64,000 bases of DNA from NCBI GenBank assembly GCA_002697535.1, contig NZWE01000008.1, positions 5,796 to 69,795 of the forward strand. The letters are read 5' to 3'. Below, piece by piece: positions 10,673 to 20,598 of this stretch. The position numbers were made by a program, and so were the translations under genes. Each line of letters opens with the position of its first letter. Positions within the stretch are counted from its first letter, which is position 1. The stretch comes from Actinomycetota bacterium. Lineage in GTDB: Bacteria > Margulisbacteria > Marinamargulisbacteria > GCA-2716485 > GCA-002719695. The notes under the pieces are model-generated. The model was not told the origin of the DNA. It ran no database searches and saw nothing but the letters and a program-made list of their open reading frames with translations.

Positions 10673-10740
10673 ATGTTATAAAGTTGGCATGTAGTATGTA
10701 GTTGATTTGGCGATACACCACTAGCATAATCGTTCCTATT

Positions 10741-10773
10741 TTATTATACCCTTTTTTATAAAAACTTATCTAG
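10741..10773. repeat. Left copy of imperfect direct repeat flanking the IQ-motif ORF
   Basis: ttattatacccttttttataaaaacttatctag compared with the copy at 11020..11054. Confidence 0.6.
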
Positions 10774-10999
10774 GGTATGGTGTAGGGGCGTATGTAGGAA
10801 TAGGAATAGGGTTAGGATTAGGATCATGAAGGTTAGGAATAGGGTTAGGAATTGGTGTAGGCTTGTATGTAGGAGTATAATTAGGTTCTAATCCTCTTAT
10901 TTCTGCCTTTAATGCTTGCCGTCTTCTAACATTTTTCTGAATTATTGTTGCTGCTTTATTTCTCTTAGCTGCTTCATTATCTATATTTATATTCATCAT
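10766..10999 (-). CDS. Small protein with IQ-like motif and proline-rich tail
   Basis: AATIIQKNVRRRQALKAE followed by NPIPNLHDPNPNPIPIPTYAPTPYPR. Confidence 0.5.
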   Translation of the reverse strand: MMNINIDNEAAKRNKAATIIQKNVRRRQALKAEIRGLEPNYTPTYKPTPIPNPIPNLHDPNPNPIPIPTYAPTPYPR

Positions 11000-11019
11000 T
11001 TTAATTTTTCCTTTCTTAT

Positions 11020-11054
11020 TTATTATACCCTTTTTATGTAAAGGCTTTATCTAG
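11020..11054. repeat. Right copy of imperfect direct repeat flanking the IQ-motif ORF
   Basis: ttattataccctttttatgtaaaggctttatctag. Confidence 0.6.
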
Positions 11055-11113
11055 TTATCGTGTTTTAGAGATAAAAAATTTTAGTTATTTTTTAAGCCCC
11101 CCTTTTTTTGTGT

Positions 11114-11131
11114 CATAAACGATCGTTTATG
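11114..11131. promoter_or_regulatory. Perfect 18-bp palindrome, candidate operator
   Basis: cataaacgatcgtttatg is its own reverse complement; followed by TTATAA; outer TGTCATA/TATGACA arms. Confidence 0.5.
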
Positions 11132-11218
11132 TTATAAAAATATGACAAACTTATTTTAGATATCGTCGCATATTATGAGCTAAATGGGAGAAAAACGTTT
11201 CTCAGGCTATAATAAAGT

Positions 11219-12706
11219 ATGTCTTGGCGTTATGTATTTTCTTTCTTTTCGTATCAACAAACCTCTCTTACTCATTTCTTATTTTTACGTTGTTTAGGCC
11301 TTATCTATTGTTTTGGATTTTTAGTTTTTGTTAACCAATGGGAAGGTTTACTTGGCTCTAATGGGCTTTCTCCTGCTTATTTATTTCTTGAATCTGTTAA
11401 AGAATCCATTTCTTTTTGGGATCTTCCTAGCATTTTTTGGCTTTATATATCGGATTCATTTTTATTTTGGTCAGGTTGTTTTGGGTTAGTCTTATCCGTT
11501 CTTGTTGTGTGTGGTCTCACCAATGCTATTGCCATGTTTATTTTATGGGCTCTCTATATGTCCATTATTCATATCGGCCAACAGTTTTATGGTTTTGGTT
11601 GGGAAACATTACTTTTAGAAACTGGATTTTTAGCTATTTTTTTGTGTCCTGTTTTTGACTGGAAACCTTTTTCTCCAAAAATTCCTCGCCCTACCCTTAT
11701 TTTTATTCTTATTTTATGGCTTTTATTTCGTAATATGTTTGGTGCTGGTTTAATTAAAATACGTGGAGATGCTGTTTGGAGCGACTTCACAGCGTTGATT
11801 TATCACTTTGAAACACAGCCCATTCCAAATCCACTCAGTTGGTTCTTTCATCATCTACCCATTCCTATTTTAAAATTTGGCGTTTTATTTAATCATTTTG
11901 CCGAACTAATTGTTCCTTTTTTCTTGTTTGGACCTCGTTTATGCCGTCATCTAGCTGCTCTTATTATTATTGTATTTCAATTCACCCTAATTTTAAGTGG
12001 TAATCTCTCTTGGTTAAATTGGCTTACCATTGTTCAATGTATTCCCGCTTTTGATGATAGCCGATTCTTTCTCTTACAAAAATTATCATTATTTAAAATA
12101 ATATCCTCATTGAAACGAACTAAATTACAGCTGATATCTCAGCTTAGCTTATGTGTGCTTATTGCAGGTTTAAGCATATTTCCTATTCATAATATGCTCA
12201 ATCCTCATCAAAAAATGAATGCCTCCTTTAATTCCCTTCATTTAGTGAATACCTATGGCGCCTTTGGCTCTGTTGGAAAAACACGATATCAACTTGTTTT
12301 TTATGGAACAACCGATACAACGATTACAGATACTACCATTTGGATCCCTTATCAATTTAAAGGACAACCTAGCTTAATCAATGATAGGCCTCCCTTTTTT
12401 TCACCCTATCATTACCGTCTGGATTGGCATCTTTGGTTTGCAGCTATGTCTGATTACCGTTATCACCCCTGGCTAGTTCATCTCGTTTATAAATTACTTC
12501 ATAATGACCCTATCATCAGTAATTTGATTAAACATAACCCTTTTTCATCATCACCCCCCACCTTTATTAAGGTTGATCGTTATGATTATCAGTTTACAGA
12601 CTCATTATCTAATGGCTGGTGGTCATCTACGTTTTTAAATAATTATTTACCGCCACTATCAAAAGATAATCCATCTTTGTTACGATTTGTAGAGCAATTG
12701 CAATAA
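11219..12706 (+). CDS. Lipase maturation factor (LMF1)-like membrane protein
   Basis: FLRCLGLIYCFGFL..QWEGLLGSNGLSP, GWETLLLETGFLAIF, MFGAGLIKIRGD..W, GNLSWLNWLTIVQC. Confidence 0.85.
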   Translation: MSWRYVFSFFSYQQTSLTHFLFLRCLGLIYCFGFLVFVNQWEGLLGSNGLSPAYLFLESVKESISFWDLPSIFWLYISDSFLFWSGCFGLVLSVLVVCGLTNAIAMFILWALYMSIIHIGQQFYGFGWETLLLETGFLAIFLCPVFDWKPFSPKIPRPTLIFILILWLLFRNMFGAGLIKIRGDAVWSDFTALIYHFETQPIPNPLSWFFHHLPIPILKFGVLFNHFAELIVPFFLFGPRLCRHLAALIIIVFQFTLILSGNLSWLNWLTIVQCIPAFDDSRFFLLQKLSLFKIISSLKRTKLQLISQLSLCVLIAGLSIFPIHNMLNPHQKMNASFNSLHLVNTYGAFGSVGKTRYQLVFYGTTDTTITDTTIWIPYQFKGQPSLINDRPPFFSPYHYRLDWHLWFAAMSDYRYHPWLVHLVYKLLHNDPIISNLIKHNPFSSSPPTFIKVDRYDYQFTDSLSNGWWSSTFLNNYLPPLSKDNPSLLRFVEQLQ

Positions 12707-12812
12707 CTTCTATTTAATCTTATACCGTTTCATCGCTAGCTAACTTTATTCCTTTTTACATACTTCTTTCATTTCTATCTTATTCATTTAATGATTATGA
12801 TATAATTTTTTT

Positions 12813-13718
12813 ATGAGTGAATTTATCATTGTTTTTAGAGAAACATTAGAAGCTACACTAATCGTTGGTATTATCTACATGGTATTGATTAAAAATAGTT
12901 TGAATAATGTTCTTAAAAAAGTATGGCTTGGTGTTGTCAGTGCTATTTTTGCAAGTATCGGTATTGCTTTCTTAGTTTTAAACTTAAAAAATACGTTTGG
13001 AAATAATTCCTATCAATCATTATTCGAAGGTATTTTTATTTATTTAACCGCTATTTTTATTTATTATGTTATTTTCTGGTTATCTCAACATATTAGTGAT
13101 ACTAAGGAATTGGAACAGAAAACGGTTCATTCCTTATCGATATCATCCTGGGGTATATTTTTACTTGTCTTTTTTGCTATTCTTAGAGAAGGTTTTGAAA
13201 CTGTTATTTTTTTAATCTCTAGTTTTTCAATGCATGGTTCATTTTCTTATACTGGATTTATCCTTGGTATGGTTTTAGCAATTATTATTGGTTATGGGAT
13301 TGTTATTCAAGGGAAAAAAGTCCCTTTAAAACGTTTATTTCAAGTTACGACTTTATGTTTAGTATTTATTGCGTCAGGGATGCTTGCTTATGGTACTCAC
13401 GAAATTGAAGAATATTTAGTTAAATCTAATAAAATTCAAGAATCTCAAATTATGAGACCTTGGAATATTTTAAAACCACAAGATACTATTCATCACAATC
13501 AGTTTAAATTTATCTATAGTTATAATGAACAAAAAAATAAGTACATTCATTTTTTACATGATAAAGGTAATGTAGGCGTCTTTCTTAAGGGATTTTTAGG
13601 ATATAATAGTAACCCCAACTATCTTGAATTTATCATATGGCTCGTATCATTATTATTTGGCTTTAATCTATGGCGACGTGTTTATTATCCAAAACAGAAA
13701 CCAGTAATGGCTACTTAA
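12813..13718 (+). CDS. FTR1-family iron permease
   Basis: Two REXXE motifs, FRETLEATLIVG and LREGFETVIFL, in TM helices. Confidence 0.88.
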   Translation: MSEFIIVFRETLEATLIVGIIYMVLIKNSLNNVLKKVWLGVVSAIFASIGIAFLVLNLKNTFGNNSYQSLFEGIFIYLTAIFIYYVIFWLSQHISDTKELEQKTVHSLSISSWGIFLLVFFAILREGFETVIFLISSFSMHGSFSYTGFILGMVLAIIIGYGIVIQGKKVPLKRLFQVTTLCLVFIASGMLAYGTHEIEEYLVKSNKIQESQIMRPWNILKPQDTIHHNQFKFIYSYNEQKNKYIHFLHDKGNVGVFLKGFLGYNSNPNYLEFIIWLVSLLFGFNLWRRVYYPKQKPVMAT

Positions 13719-13719
13719 G

Positions 13720-14991
13720 TTATAATTGATTCTTAGATCTATAGACGTTAATTAATCTTACTGATCGTTTGTGGGTAAAGTAACTTGTAACCCAGTCTAG
13801 CAAAACTAGTATTTTATTTCTCATATTTACTAAAAATAAAATATGAATAATGCCCCATAATACCCATGCGAAAAACCCCCTTATTTTGAACCCGGAAATA
13901 TAAGCAATGGCTCGTGATCTACCAATTGTAGCCATCATACCTTTATCTTTATATATAAAGGCATCTCTACCTTTATTTTTTTGATCATTCATTATCTGCT
14001 TTGCAACAAACTTTCCAGCTTGAATTGCTCCCTGAGCTACCGCTGGGACGATACCCCCCTTTGCATCTTCTAAATAGGCACAATCTCCAATACAAAATAC
14101 GGTGCTATCTTCCTGAATACTAAAATCTAACTTAACATTAGCCTGCCCTACTTTATTAGTATGTTTTGTAATTTTTTTTATAAAAGGTGATGCCGTATTA
14201 CCCGCTGCCCAAATTATATTTTCAGTTTCAATAATGTTGTCTCCAATATAAACTCCATCTTGTGTAATGTTACTAACCATAGAATTTAATTTTATTTCTA
14301 CTCCCATCTGTTCTAAATCTTCTTGTGCCTTGATAGATAGTTCTTCTGGATATTGACTTAAAACTCTATTACTAGCTTCAATTAAAATTATTTGAGATGT
14401 TTGTGATTGAAATTCTGTAAAATCAGACACAATAGACTTTTTTGTTACTTCGGCAATCGCTCCTGCCATTTCAACTCCAGTTGGTCCAGCTCCTATGATA
14501 ACAAATGTACTAAATTTTTTTCGCTTGCTTTGATATCGCGTTCTCTCAGCTTTTTCAAAGCTATATAACATTCTCTCTCGAATTTTCAAGGCATCTTTTG
14601 TCGTTTTTAACCCCCAAGCCAATTTCTCCCATTCTGGTTTACCAAAATAAGAATGTCTTGCTCCTGCCGCAATTATTAAATAGTCATATTCAAATTTTTG
14701 TGAAGATCTTTTTAACGTTATATATCTCTTCTCTACATTAACATCATTTACATTTCCAATTAATACTCTTACATTGTTTAATTTTCTAAACATTGATCGT
14801 ATAGGATATGCTATTTGTGCTGGAGATAACATGGCTGTTGCAACTTGATAAAGTAAAGGCTGAAAAACATGATGATTCCTTTTATCAAACAAAACTATTT
14901 CAAAATCTTGCTTTGCTAAATGTTTGGCTGCCATGCATCCACCAAAACCACCACCAATAATAATAATTTTTTTCTTAACCTTCTTTTCCAT
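13720..14991 (-). CDS. ndh: Type II NADH:quinone oxidoreductase (NDH-2)
   Basis: IIIIGGGFGGCMAAKHLAK, VFQPLLYQVATAMLSPAQIAYPIR, IGAGPTGVEMAGAIAE, CIGDCA. Confidence 0.9.
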   Translation of the reverse strand: MEKKVKKKIIIIGGGFGGCMAAKHLAKQDFEIVLFDKRNHHVFQPLLYQVATAMLSPAQIAYPIRSMFRKLNNVRVLIGNVNDVNVEKRYITLKRSSQKFEYDYLIIAAGARHSYFGKPEWEKLAWGLKTTKDALKIRERMLYSFEKAERTRYQSKRKKFSTFVIIGAGPTGVEMAGAIAEVTKKSIVSDFTEFQSQTSQIILIEASNRVLSQYPEELSIKAQEDLEQMGVEIKLNSMVSNITQDGVYIGDNIIETENIIWAAGNTASPFIKKITKHTNKVGQANVKLDFSIQEDSTVFCIGDCAYLEDAKGGIVPAVAQGAIQAGKFVAKQIMNDQKNKGRDAFIYKDKGMMATIGRSRAIAYISGFKIRGFFAWVLWGIIHILFLVNMRNKILVLLDWVTSYFTHKRSVRLINVYRSKNQL

Positions 14992-15085
14992 AAAGATAGG
15001 ATATAGTAGTTTACTTTTTCTGTTAATTGATCTTGGCTAATCTTTATACTTAATGTTGCTTAATTTATAAGTTAAACCTTACTTT

Positions 15086-15634
15086 TTAATTTCTACTCGC
15101 GTTTGCAATCTCTTCAAAATCAACATTTTTATAAGTAAAAATGGTCTCATCAAGCAGTTTTTTCTCATATTGCTTAGCCCAATCTTTATGATAGGATAAC
15201 TCCAAACGTTGTGGTGGTAAAATAGTAAAAATGACTGTATATCTATCTGTAATCTTTCCGGGCAAAGTCATATTTCTAGCATAATGAAAATTATCTATTA
15301 AATTTAAATGTGGTAATAAATCAATAAAACTACTTAATCCTGTCCGCTCATTGATAACCTTTCCTGTAATATGCAAATATGGAATAAACCCACCTTCTAC
15401 ACTTCCTTTAGGAATATTACGTGTATCCCAATTTACACGAGCTTCTATATGTACATGTGTATTATTTTCAGCTAAATGTAAGCTTTCAGGAAATACTTGG
15501 TCTTTTATTGCTCCTTCAAAAATAAATATAATTCCTGGTTCCACTCTTTCTTCACCAATTACCAATTCTAATGCATTAAGTTGAGTTCCGATTATTATCA
15601 AACAGATTAAACTTGCTATTACTTTTGAAATCAT
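15086..15634 (-). CDS. Periplasmic P19/Tp34-like iron-transport-associated protein
   Basis: Signal peptide; NNTHVHIEARV, EGGFIPYLHITGKVIN, MTLPGKITDRYTVIFTILPP pattern. Confidence 0.65.
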   Translation of the reverse strand: MISKVIASLICLIIIGTQLNALELVIGEERVEPGIIFIFEGAIKDQVFPESLHLAENNTHVHIEARVNWDTRNIPKGSVEGGFIPYLHITGKVINERTGLSSFIDLLPHLNLIDNFHYARNMTLPGKITDRYTVIFTILPPQRLELSYHKDWAKQYEKKLLDETIFTYKNVDFEEIANASRN

Positions 15635-15803
15635 ATTTAGGCCCCTTGCTTTACTATTGATTGATGCTTCCTAAGAAAAAGATTATTATAACAATCTTTG
15701 TTATTTTTGCTTAGTAATTTCTCATAAGCTATAGCCTTACCGGCTTATCATACCTATAACCTATTACTATGTTTTCAAGTCGTATTACGTCCTGTATATA
15801 TTT

Positions 15804-16979
15804 TTAAAAATCAAGCGCTACAGATAGATATAACGCTTCTGCACTAAAATTATTTAATGGTTGATCATAATCTTCTAGTTGATACTCACACTTATAAACG
15901 ATAGATTTTATGGGTCTAAAATTAAAGCCAATCATGGCACGATGTGTAACATAATGAGTGTCTTTATCTGTGTTGACAGTTCCAATTCTTACAAAGGCTT
16001 TAATACTAGGAGATTCTAACATTGGTAAAAACCGTATTAATTCTTTTTGTAATACATCGGCTCTTACTTCTAAATAACTTCCACTCATCTTATTAGGAAC
16101 ATCTTCTATTCCATCTAAATTAACCATTGCAACTTCCGCTACTACTTCATACTGATCATATTTGTAGAAAACGTCCGCACCCAACATGAACATTCCATTT
16201 CTACCATTATCATCAAAATTTCCGTTATACATACTTGTCCCCACTTCTAAACCTTTCATTGGAGATGCCCATAACCTTGTAACAACTGCCTTATCTCCAT
16301 TATTATCTTGTTGAAAGCCAGGCCTGGCATTCCTTAAGCCATTTCTTGCATCTATCGATGAATCTAACCCATTAATTATATAAGCTTGATAATAAATCTC
16401 CATATTAGCGTATTCACTTGTCCCAATTAAGCCTTTGCCACTTTTAAACCAATTAGCATAGCGAGTTACACCATGTATACCAATACCACTATCTACCCAT
16501 GTAGAGGGGACAATATAGGTTAAATATAAAGGTCTTTGAGTTGTATCTCGATGGTTAGAATTATAGATACTGCTTGTACGACCAAATGGAACCATAAAAA
16601 TCCCTGTACGCTGTGTTAAACCATCATTAATTTTAAAATCAAACCAAGCTTGTTGCATTGTAATCTCACCGGTATTATTATTGTTTCCACCATTTACTTT
16701 ACCGCCATAATCTAAAGCAATTTCAGAATTTATCAGCAATCTTTTAGATAACCGTGATGACATTCCTAATACAAAATGATGCGCTATAAATGATGAGTCT
16801 AAAAGTTCTCTACCAAAAAACTCCGAATCAAAATAACCACTAATTACCCTACTTCCGCTACTACTATTATTTCTTATATCATTTTCTGCTGGCTGTGCAT
16901 AAGAGATTAAACTAATATTGATTAATATTGCTAGTATCCATACTATTTTTTTCCTACTTCTTATTACATATTCTATCAT
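15804..16979 (-). CDS. Outer-membrane porin, phosphate-selective porin O/P-like
   Basis: Alternating beta-strand pattern, AWFDFKINDGLTQRTGIFMVPFG, terminal aromatic residue ALYLSVALDF. Confidence 0.65.
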   Translation of the reverse strand: MIEYVIRSRKKIVWILAILINISLISYAQPAENDIRNNSSSGSRVISGYFDSEFFGRELLDSSFIAHHFVLGMSSRLSKRLLINSEIALDYGGKVNGGNNNNTGEITMQQAWFDFKINDGLTQRTGIFMVPFGRTSSIYNSNHRDTTQRPLYLTYIVPSTWVDSGIGIHGVTRYANWFKSGKGLIGTSEYANMEIYYQAYIINGLDSSIDARNGLRNARPGFQQDNNGDKAVVTRLWASPMKGLEVGTSMYNGNFDDNGRNGMFMLGADVFYKYDQYEVVAEVAMVNLDGIEDVPNKMSGSYLEVRADVLQKELIRFLPMLESPSIKAFVRIGTVNTDKDTHYVTHRAMIGFNFRPIKSIVYKCEYQLEDYDQPLNNFSAEALYLSVALDF

Positions 16980-17060
16980 TATATATCTCTAATTATTTTA
17001 CTAGCTTATTTAATACTCACTTATTTTTAATAGGCTTGTCAAGTTTTACAAAATTTTATT

Positions 17061-18098
17061 TTATAAAGATGTATAGGATTGATAATTTACTTTTTGTAAG
17101 CCAGATGACTGATACATTTCTAATGAGTTATCATTATTACGAACAATTATTAATCCCTCCACATCAGAGTAAGACTCAATTAAGCTTAGCCCTCTATTAA
17201 CACCCATTACCATAATAGACGTTGCTAAGCCATCTGCTAAAATACAATTCGGAGCGATAATGGATACCGATGTAATTTTTGATTGTGAAGGACTTCCTTT
17301 TTTTGAATTTATAATATGTGAATAAATAACACCGTTTTTCTCAAAGAAGTTTTGATAATCTCCACTCGTTGCTAAAGAAGAGTTGGTTAAATCAACTGAT
17401 CCTAGTAAACTTTGTTCAATATCATGGTACTTTGGTTTATTAATGCCAATTTTCCATGGCTTATTTTTCTTTGTTAAAACTCTTACTTCTCCACCAATTT
17501 CTACCATATATTTTTTTGAACCAACACTTTCTAAGAGTAAGGCTATTTGATCAACAGCATATCCTTTTACTATAGCAGAAAGATCTAACTCTACATCAGG
17601 ATTTAATTTTCTAAGCTTATTATCAGCTAAAACAATTTTATCTAACCCAATATTTTTAGCTATGCGATCAAGCTCCCTTTGATTTGGAATAGAAAAAAAT
17701 GACTTATCTGAACCAAATCCCCATATATCTGATAATGTTTTTATTGTGGGATCAAAATAACCGGTTGTATCACGATTTAATTTATATGATAATTCTACCA
17801 ATTTTTTAAAATCATCGGATATCTCTACATTCTCTAAACTTTTCAACTGATTGAAGGTACTAATCTCAGATTGAGTATCCCATGTTGAAAAAATAGCACT
17901 AATTCTATTAAGTTCATTTTCTATTTTTGATTTAATATTATTTTTTGTAATCCATTTTGGGCTATAACACTTAATGGTATAGCTTGTTCCCATGGTTTCT
18001 CCATTAATAACCATATATTTTTTCTGAAATGTCCATACCAGTAACAATGGAACTATTACTACACATACAAATATCAATAATCTTTTTTTAATACTCAT
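17061..18098 (-). CDS. apbE: FAD:protein FMN transferase ApbE
   Basis: MGTSYTIKCY, DLSAIVKGYAVD, VEIGGEVR, SPSQSKITSVSIIAPNCILADGLATSIMVMG. Confidence 0.92.
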   Translation of the reverse strand: MSIKKRLLIFVCVVIVPLLLVWTFQKKYMVINGETMGTSYTIKCYSPKWITKNNIKSKIENELNRISAIFSTWDTQSEISTFNQLKSLENVEISDDFKKLVELSYKLNRDTTGYFDPTIKTLSDIWGFGSDKSFFSIPNQRELDRIAKNIGLDKIVLADNKLRKLNPDVELDLSAIVKGYAVDQIALLLESVGSKKYMVEIGGEVRVLTKKNKPWKIGINKPKYHDIEQSLLGSVDLTNSSLATSGDYQNFFEKNGVIYSHIINSKKGSPSQSKITSVSIIAPNCILADGLATSIMVMGVNRGLSLIESYSDVEGLIIVRNNDNSLEMYQSSGLQKVNYQSYTSL

Positions 18099-18135
18099 CT
18101 TATCTCTACCGCAACGTCACCTTTATTAATCTATT

Positions 18136-19356
18136 CTATCCAAAATCATCAAAATCTATCATTTCTTTTTCAACACCTATATTATCTAACATCTCCATGA
18201 CACATTTTAACATCATAGGCGGTCCACATAAATAATATTCTACTTCGGTAGGATCTTCATGAGTGTTCAAATAATTATCTAGTAAGGCTTGATGAATAAA
18301 ACCTGTCATCCCAGCCCAATTATCTTCGGGTAATGCATCAGATAAAGCTACATGATAGGAAAAACTAGGGTTTTCTTTTTCTAATTGCTTAAATTCATCA
18401 TCATAAAACATCTCTCTGGCTGATCGAGCCCCATACCAAAATGTTATTTTTCGTTTTGATTTAATTCTCTTCAATTGATCAAAAATATGACTCCTCATAG
18501 GTGCCATACCCGCTCCCCCTCCAATAAAGCACATCTCTCTCTCTGTTTCTTTCGCATAAAACTCTCCAAAGGGACCACTGGCTGTAATTTTGTCACCAGG
18601 CTTTAAATTAAAAATGTAAGTTGATCCAATTCCAGGAGGTACATCTAAACCAGGAGGTGGTGTTGCAATTCTAACGTTTAAATAGATCACACCTTTTTCT
18701 TCTGGATAATTTGCCATTGAATACGCTCTAAAAATTTCTTCATCATTTGATCCTTTAATATCCCATAATTTAAATTTATCCCAATCTTCACAGAATTCTT
18801 TCTCAACATCAAAATCTTTAAATGTACAATTAAATGGAGGAATATAAAGTTGAGCATATCCTCCTGCTCGAAAATCAACATCTACACCTTCTGGCAATTT
18901 TAATCGTAATTCTTTTATAAACGTCGCTACATTATGATTTGAAACTACCTCACATTCAAACTTCTTAATACTAAATATTTCATCAGGAATTTTTATTTTC
19001 ATATCATTTTTCACTTTTACCTGACATCCTAACCTAACATTTTCTTTTCGTTCACCTAATGTTAAATGAGGTAACTCTGTTGGCAAAATATCGCCACCAC
19101 CATCCTCTATTTGCAACTTACACATTGCACAGGTTCCACCCCCACCACATGCTGAAGGCAAAAACAAACCATTATTAGATAAGGCTGATAATAAGGTTGT
19201 TCCAGAGCTAACTGTAGGGCTCTTTTCTTCATCCCCATTTATGACTACCTTGCAATCACTACTACCAATAACATTTTTTTCCACAAGATATAAAAGTGTC
19301 ACTAACGACATAATAATTAATAACACAGTTAAGACACTTATAATGTAAATCATCAT
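18136..19356 (-). CDS. nqrF: Na+-translocating NADH-quinone reductase subunit F
   Basis: 2Fe-2S motif CGGGGTCAMCKLQ, FAD/NAD reductase domain RAYSMANYP, FIGGGAGMAPMRSHIF. Confidence 0.95.
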   Translation of the reverse strand: MMIYIISVLTVLLIIMSLVTLLYLVEKNVIGSSDCKVVINGDEEKSPTVSSGTTLLSALSNNGLFLPSACGGGGTCAMCKLQIEDGGGDILPTELPHLTLGERKENVRLGCQVKVKNDMKIKIPDEIFSIKKFECEVVSNHNVATFIKELRLKLPEGVDVDFRAGGYAQLYIPPFNCTFKDFDVEKEFCEDWDKFKLWDIKGSNDEEIFRAYSMANYPEEKGVIYLNVRIATPPPGLDVPPGIGSTYIFNLKPGDKITASGPFGEFYAKETEREMCFIGGGAGMAPMRSHIFDQLKRIKSKRKITFWYGARSAREMFYDDEFKQLEKENPSFSYHVALSDALPEDNWAGMTGFIHQALLDNYLNTHEDPTEVEYYLCGPPMMLKCVMEMLDNIGVEKEMIDFDDFG

Positions 19357-19967
19357 GTTAGTTTTATCCCTGCAAAAGCCATAAATGCCATGGCTATCAA
19401 CCCTGTAACCACCATATTAACGGCAAATCCATCTAAACCTTTTGGTAAATGAGCATACTTTAATTTTTGTAATACAGCTGAGAAACAAACAATCGCTAAA
19501 AACCAGCCAATCCCAGAACTAAAGCCAAAGACTACAGACTCTATAAATGTATAGGCTCTTTGTTCCATAAAAAGAGACGTTCCCAAAATTGCGCAGTTTA
19601 CAGCAATTAACGGTAAAAATATCCCTAATGATGTATATAATCCAGGACTAAACTTTTCCATAAGCATTTCAACTAACTGAACCTGAGATGCAATAACGGC
19701 TATAAATGCTATAAATACCAAAAAGCTTAAATCAGCTTCAGGAAACCCTAACCAAGCTAAGGCCCCAGGTCTTAAGAAAAAATGATTAATTGCCCAATTA
19801 ACAGGTGTTGTAATCGTTAATACAAAAATAACAGCAATACCTAGTCCAGTAGCTGTTTTAATATTTTTTGCACACCCAAGAAAAGAACACATTCCTAAAA
19901 ATAAGGCTAATAAAATATTATTAATAAAGATTGATTCAAGCGCTAAACTTGCTAAATGTGCTACCAT
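19353..19967 (-). CDS. nqrE: Na+-NQR subunit E
   Basis: SIFINNILLALFLGMCSFLGCAKN; operon context. Confidence 0.95.
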   Translation of the reverse strand: MVAHLASLALESIFINNILLALFLGMCSFLGCAKNIKTATGLGIAVIFVLTITTPVNWAINHFFLRPGALAWLGFPEADLSFLVFIAFIAVIASQVQLVEMLMEKFSPGLYTSLGIFLPLIAVNCAILGTSLFMEQRAYTFIESVVFGFSSGIGWFLAIVCFSAVLQKLKYAHLPKGLDGFAVNMVVTGLIAMAFMAFAGIKLT

Positions 19968-19968
19968 C

Positions 19969-20598
19969 TTAATGCTCTACTCCTTGACCGGTAAATATAT
20001 TTTGTATCCATACCAATATACCAATTAATATAAAAGCTCCTGGTGCTAATAACATAAGTCCCATATCTACATAGCCTATTTGATATAAAAAATCAGGCAC
20101 AACTTTTATTCCAAACAAACTACCTGCTCCAAATAATTCTCTAAAAAAACCAACTACAATTAAGATATACCCATAGCCTAACCCATTTCCTAACCCATCC
20201 CAAAATGATAGCCAAGGTCCATTTGCTAAGGCAAAGGCTTCTGCTCTACCCATAATAATACAGTTTGTAATTATCAATCCGACAAAAACACTTAATTGTT
20301 TACTAACATCAAATAAAAATGCTTTTAATAACTGGTCCGCTAAAATAACTAATGATGAAACAACAACTAACTCTACAATAATTCGAATATTTTTAGGAAT
20401 AACATGCCTTAATATAGAAATAGTAATATTGGAAAATGTCAAAACAAATGTCATGGCTAAAACCATAATAATTGATGGAAAAATCTGTGTTGTAACAGCT
20501 AATGATGAACAAATTCCTAATATCGCAATTGATATTGGGTTCGCTTCAATTAAAGGCTTTTTAAATGTCTTATAAGCTTTTGATTTTAAAAAACTCAT
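19969..20598 (-). CDS. nqrD: Na+-NQR subunit D
   Basis: NPISIAILGICSSLAVTTQ, VGLIITNCIIMGRAEAFA. Confidence 0.95.
   Translation of the reverse strand: MSFLKSKAYKTFKKPLIEANPISIAILGICSSLAVTTQIFPSIIMVLAMTFVLTFSNITISILRHVIPKNIRIIVELVVVSSLVILADQLLKAFLFDVSKQLSVFVGLIITNCIIMGRAEAFALANGPWLSFWDGLGNGLGYGYILIVVGFFRELFGAGSLFGIKVVPDFLYQIGYVDMGLMLLAPGAFILIGILVWIQNIFTGQGVEH

Noticed and set aside
10780-10890. Possible CRISPR-like or telomere-like short repeat
   Set aside because: Degenerate short units without uniform spacers, and it lies within a Pro-rich ORF; not a CRISPR array.
11188-11203. gagaaa-aacg-tttctc hairpin upstream of LMF1-like gene
   Set aside because: Only a 6-bp AT-rich stem, too weak to claim as a regulatory element.
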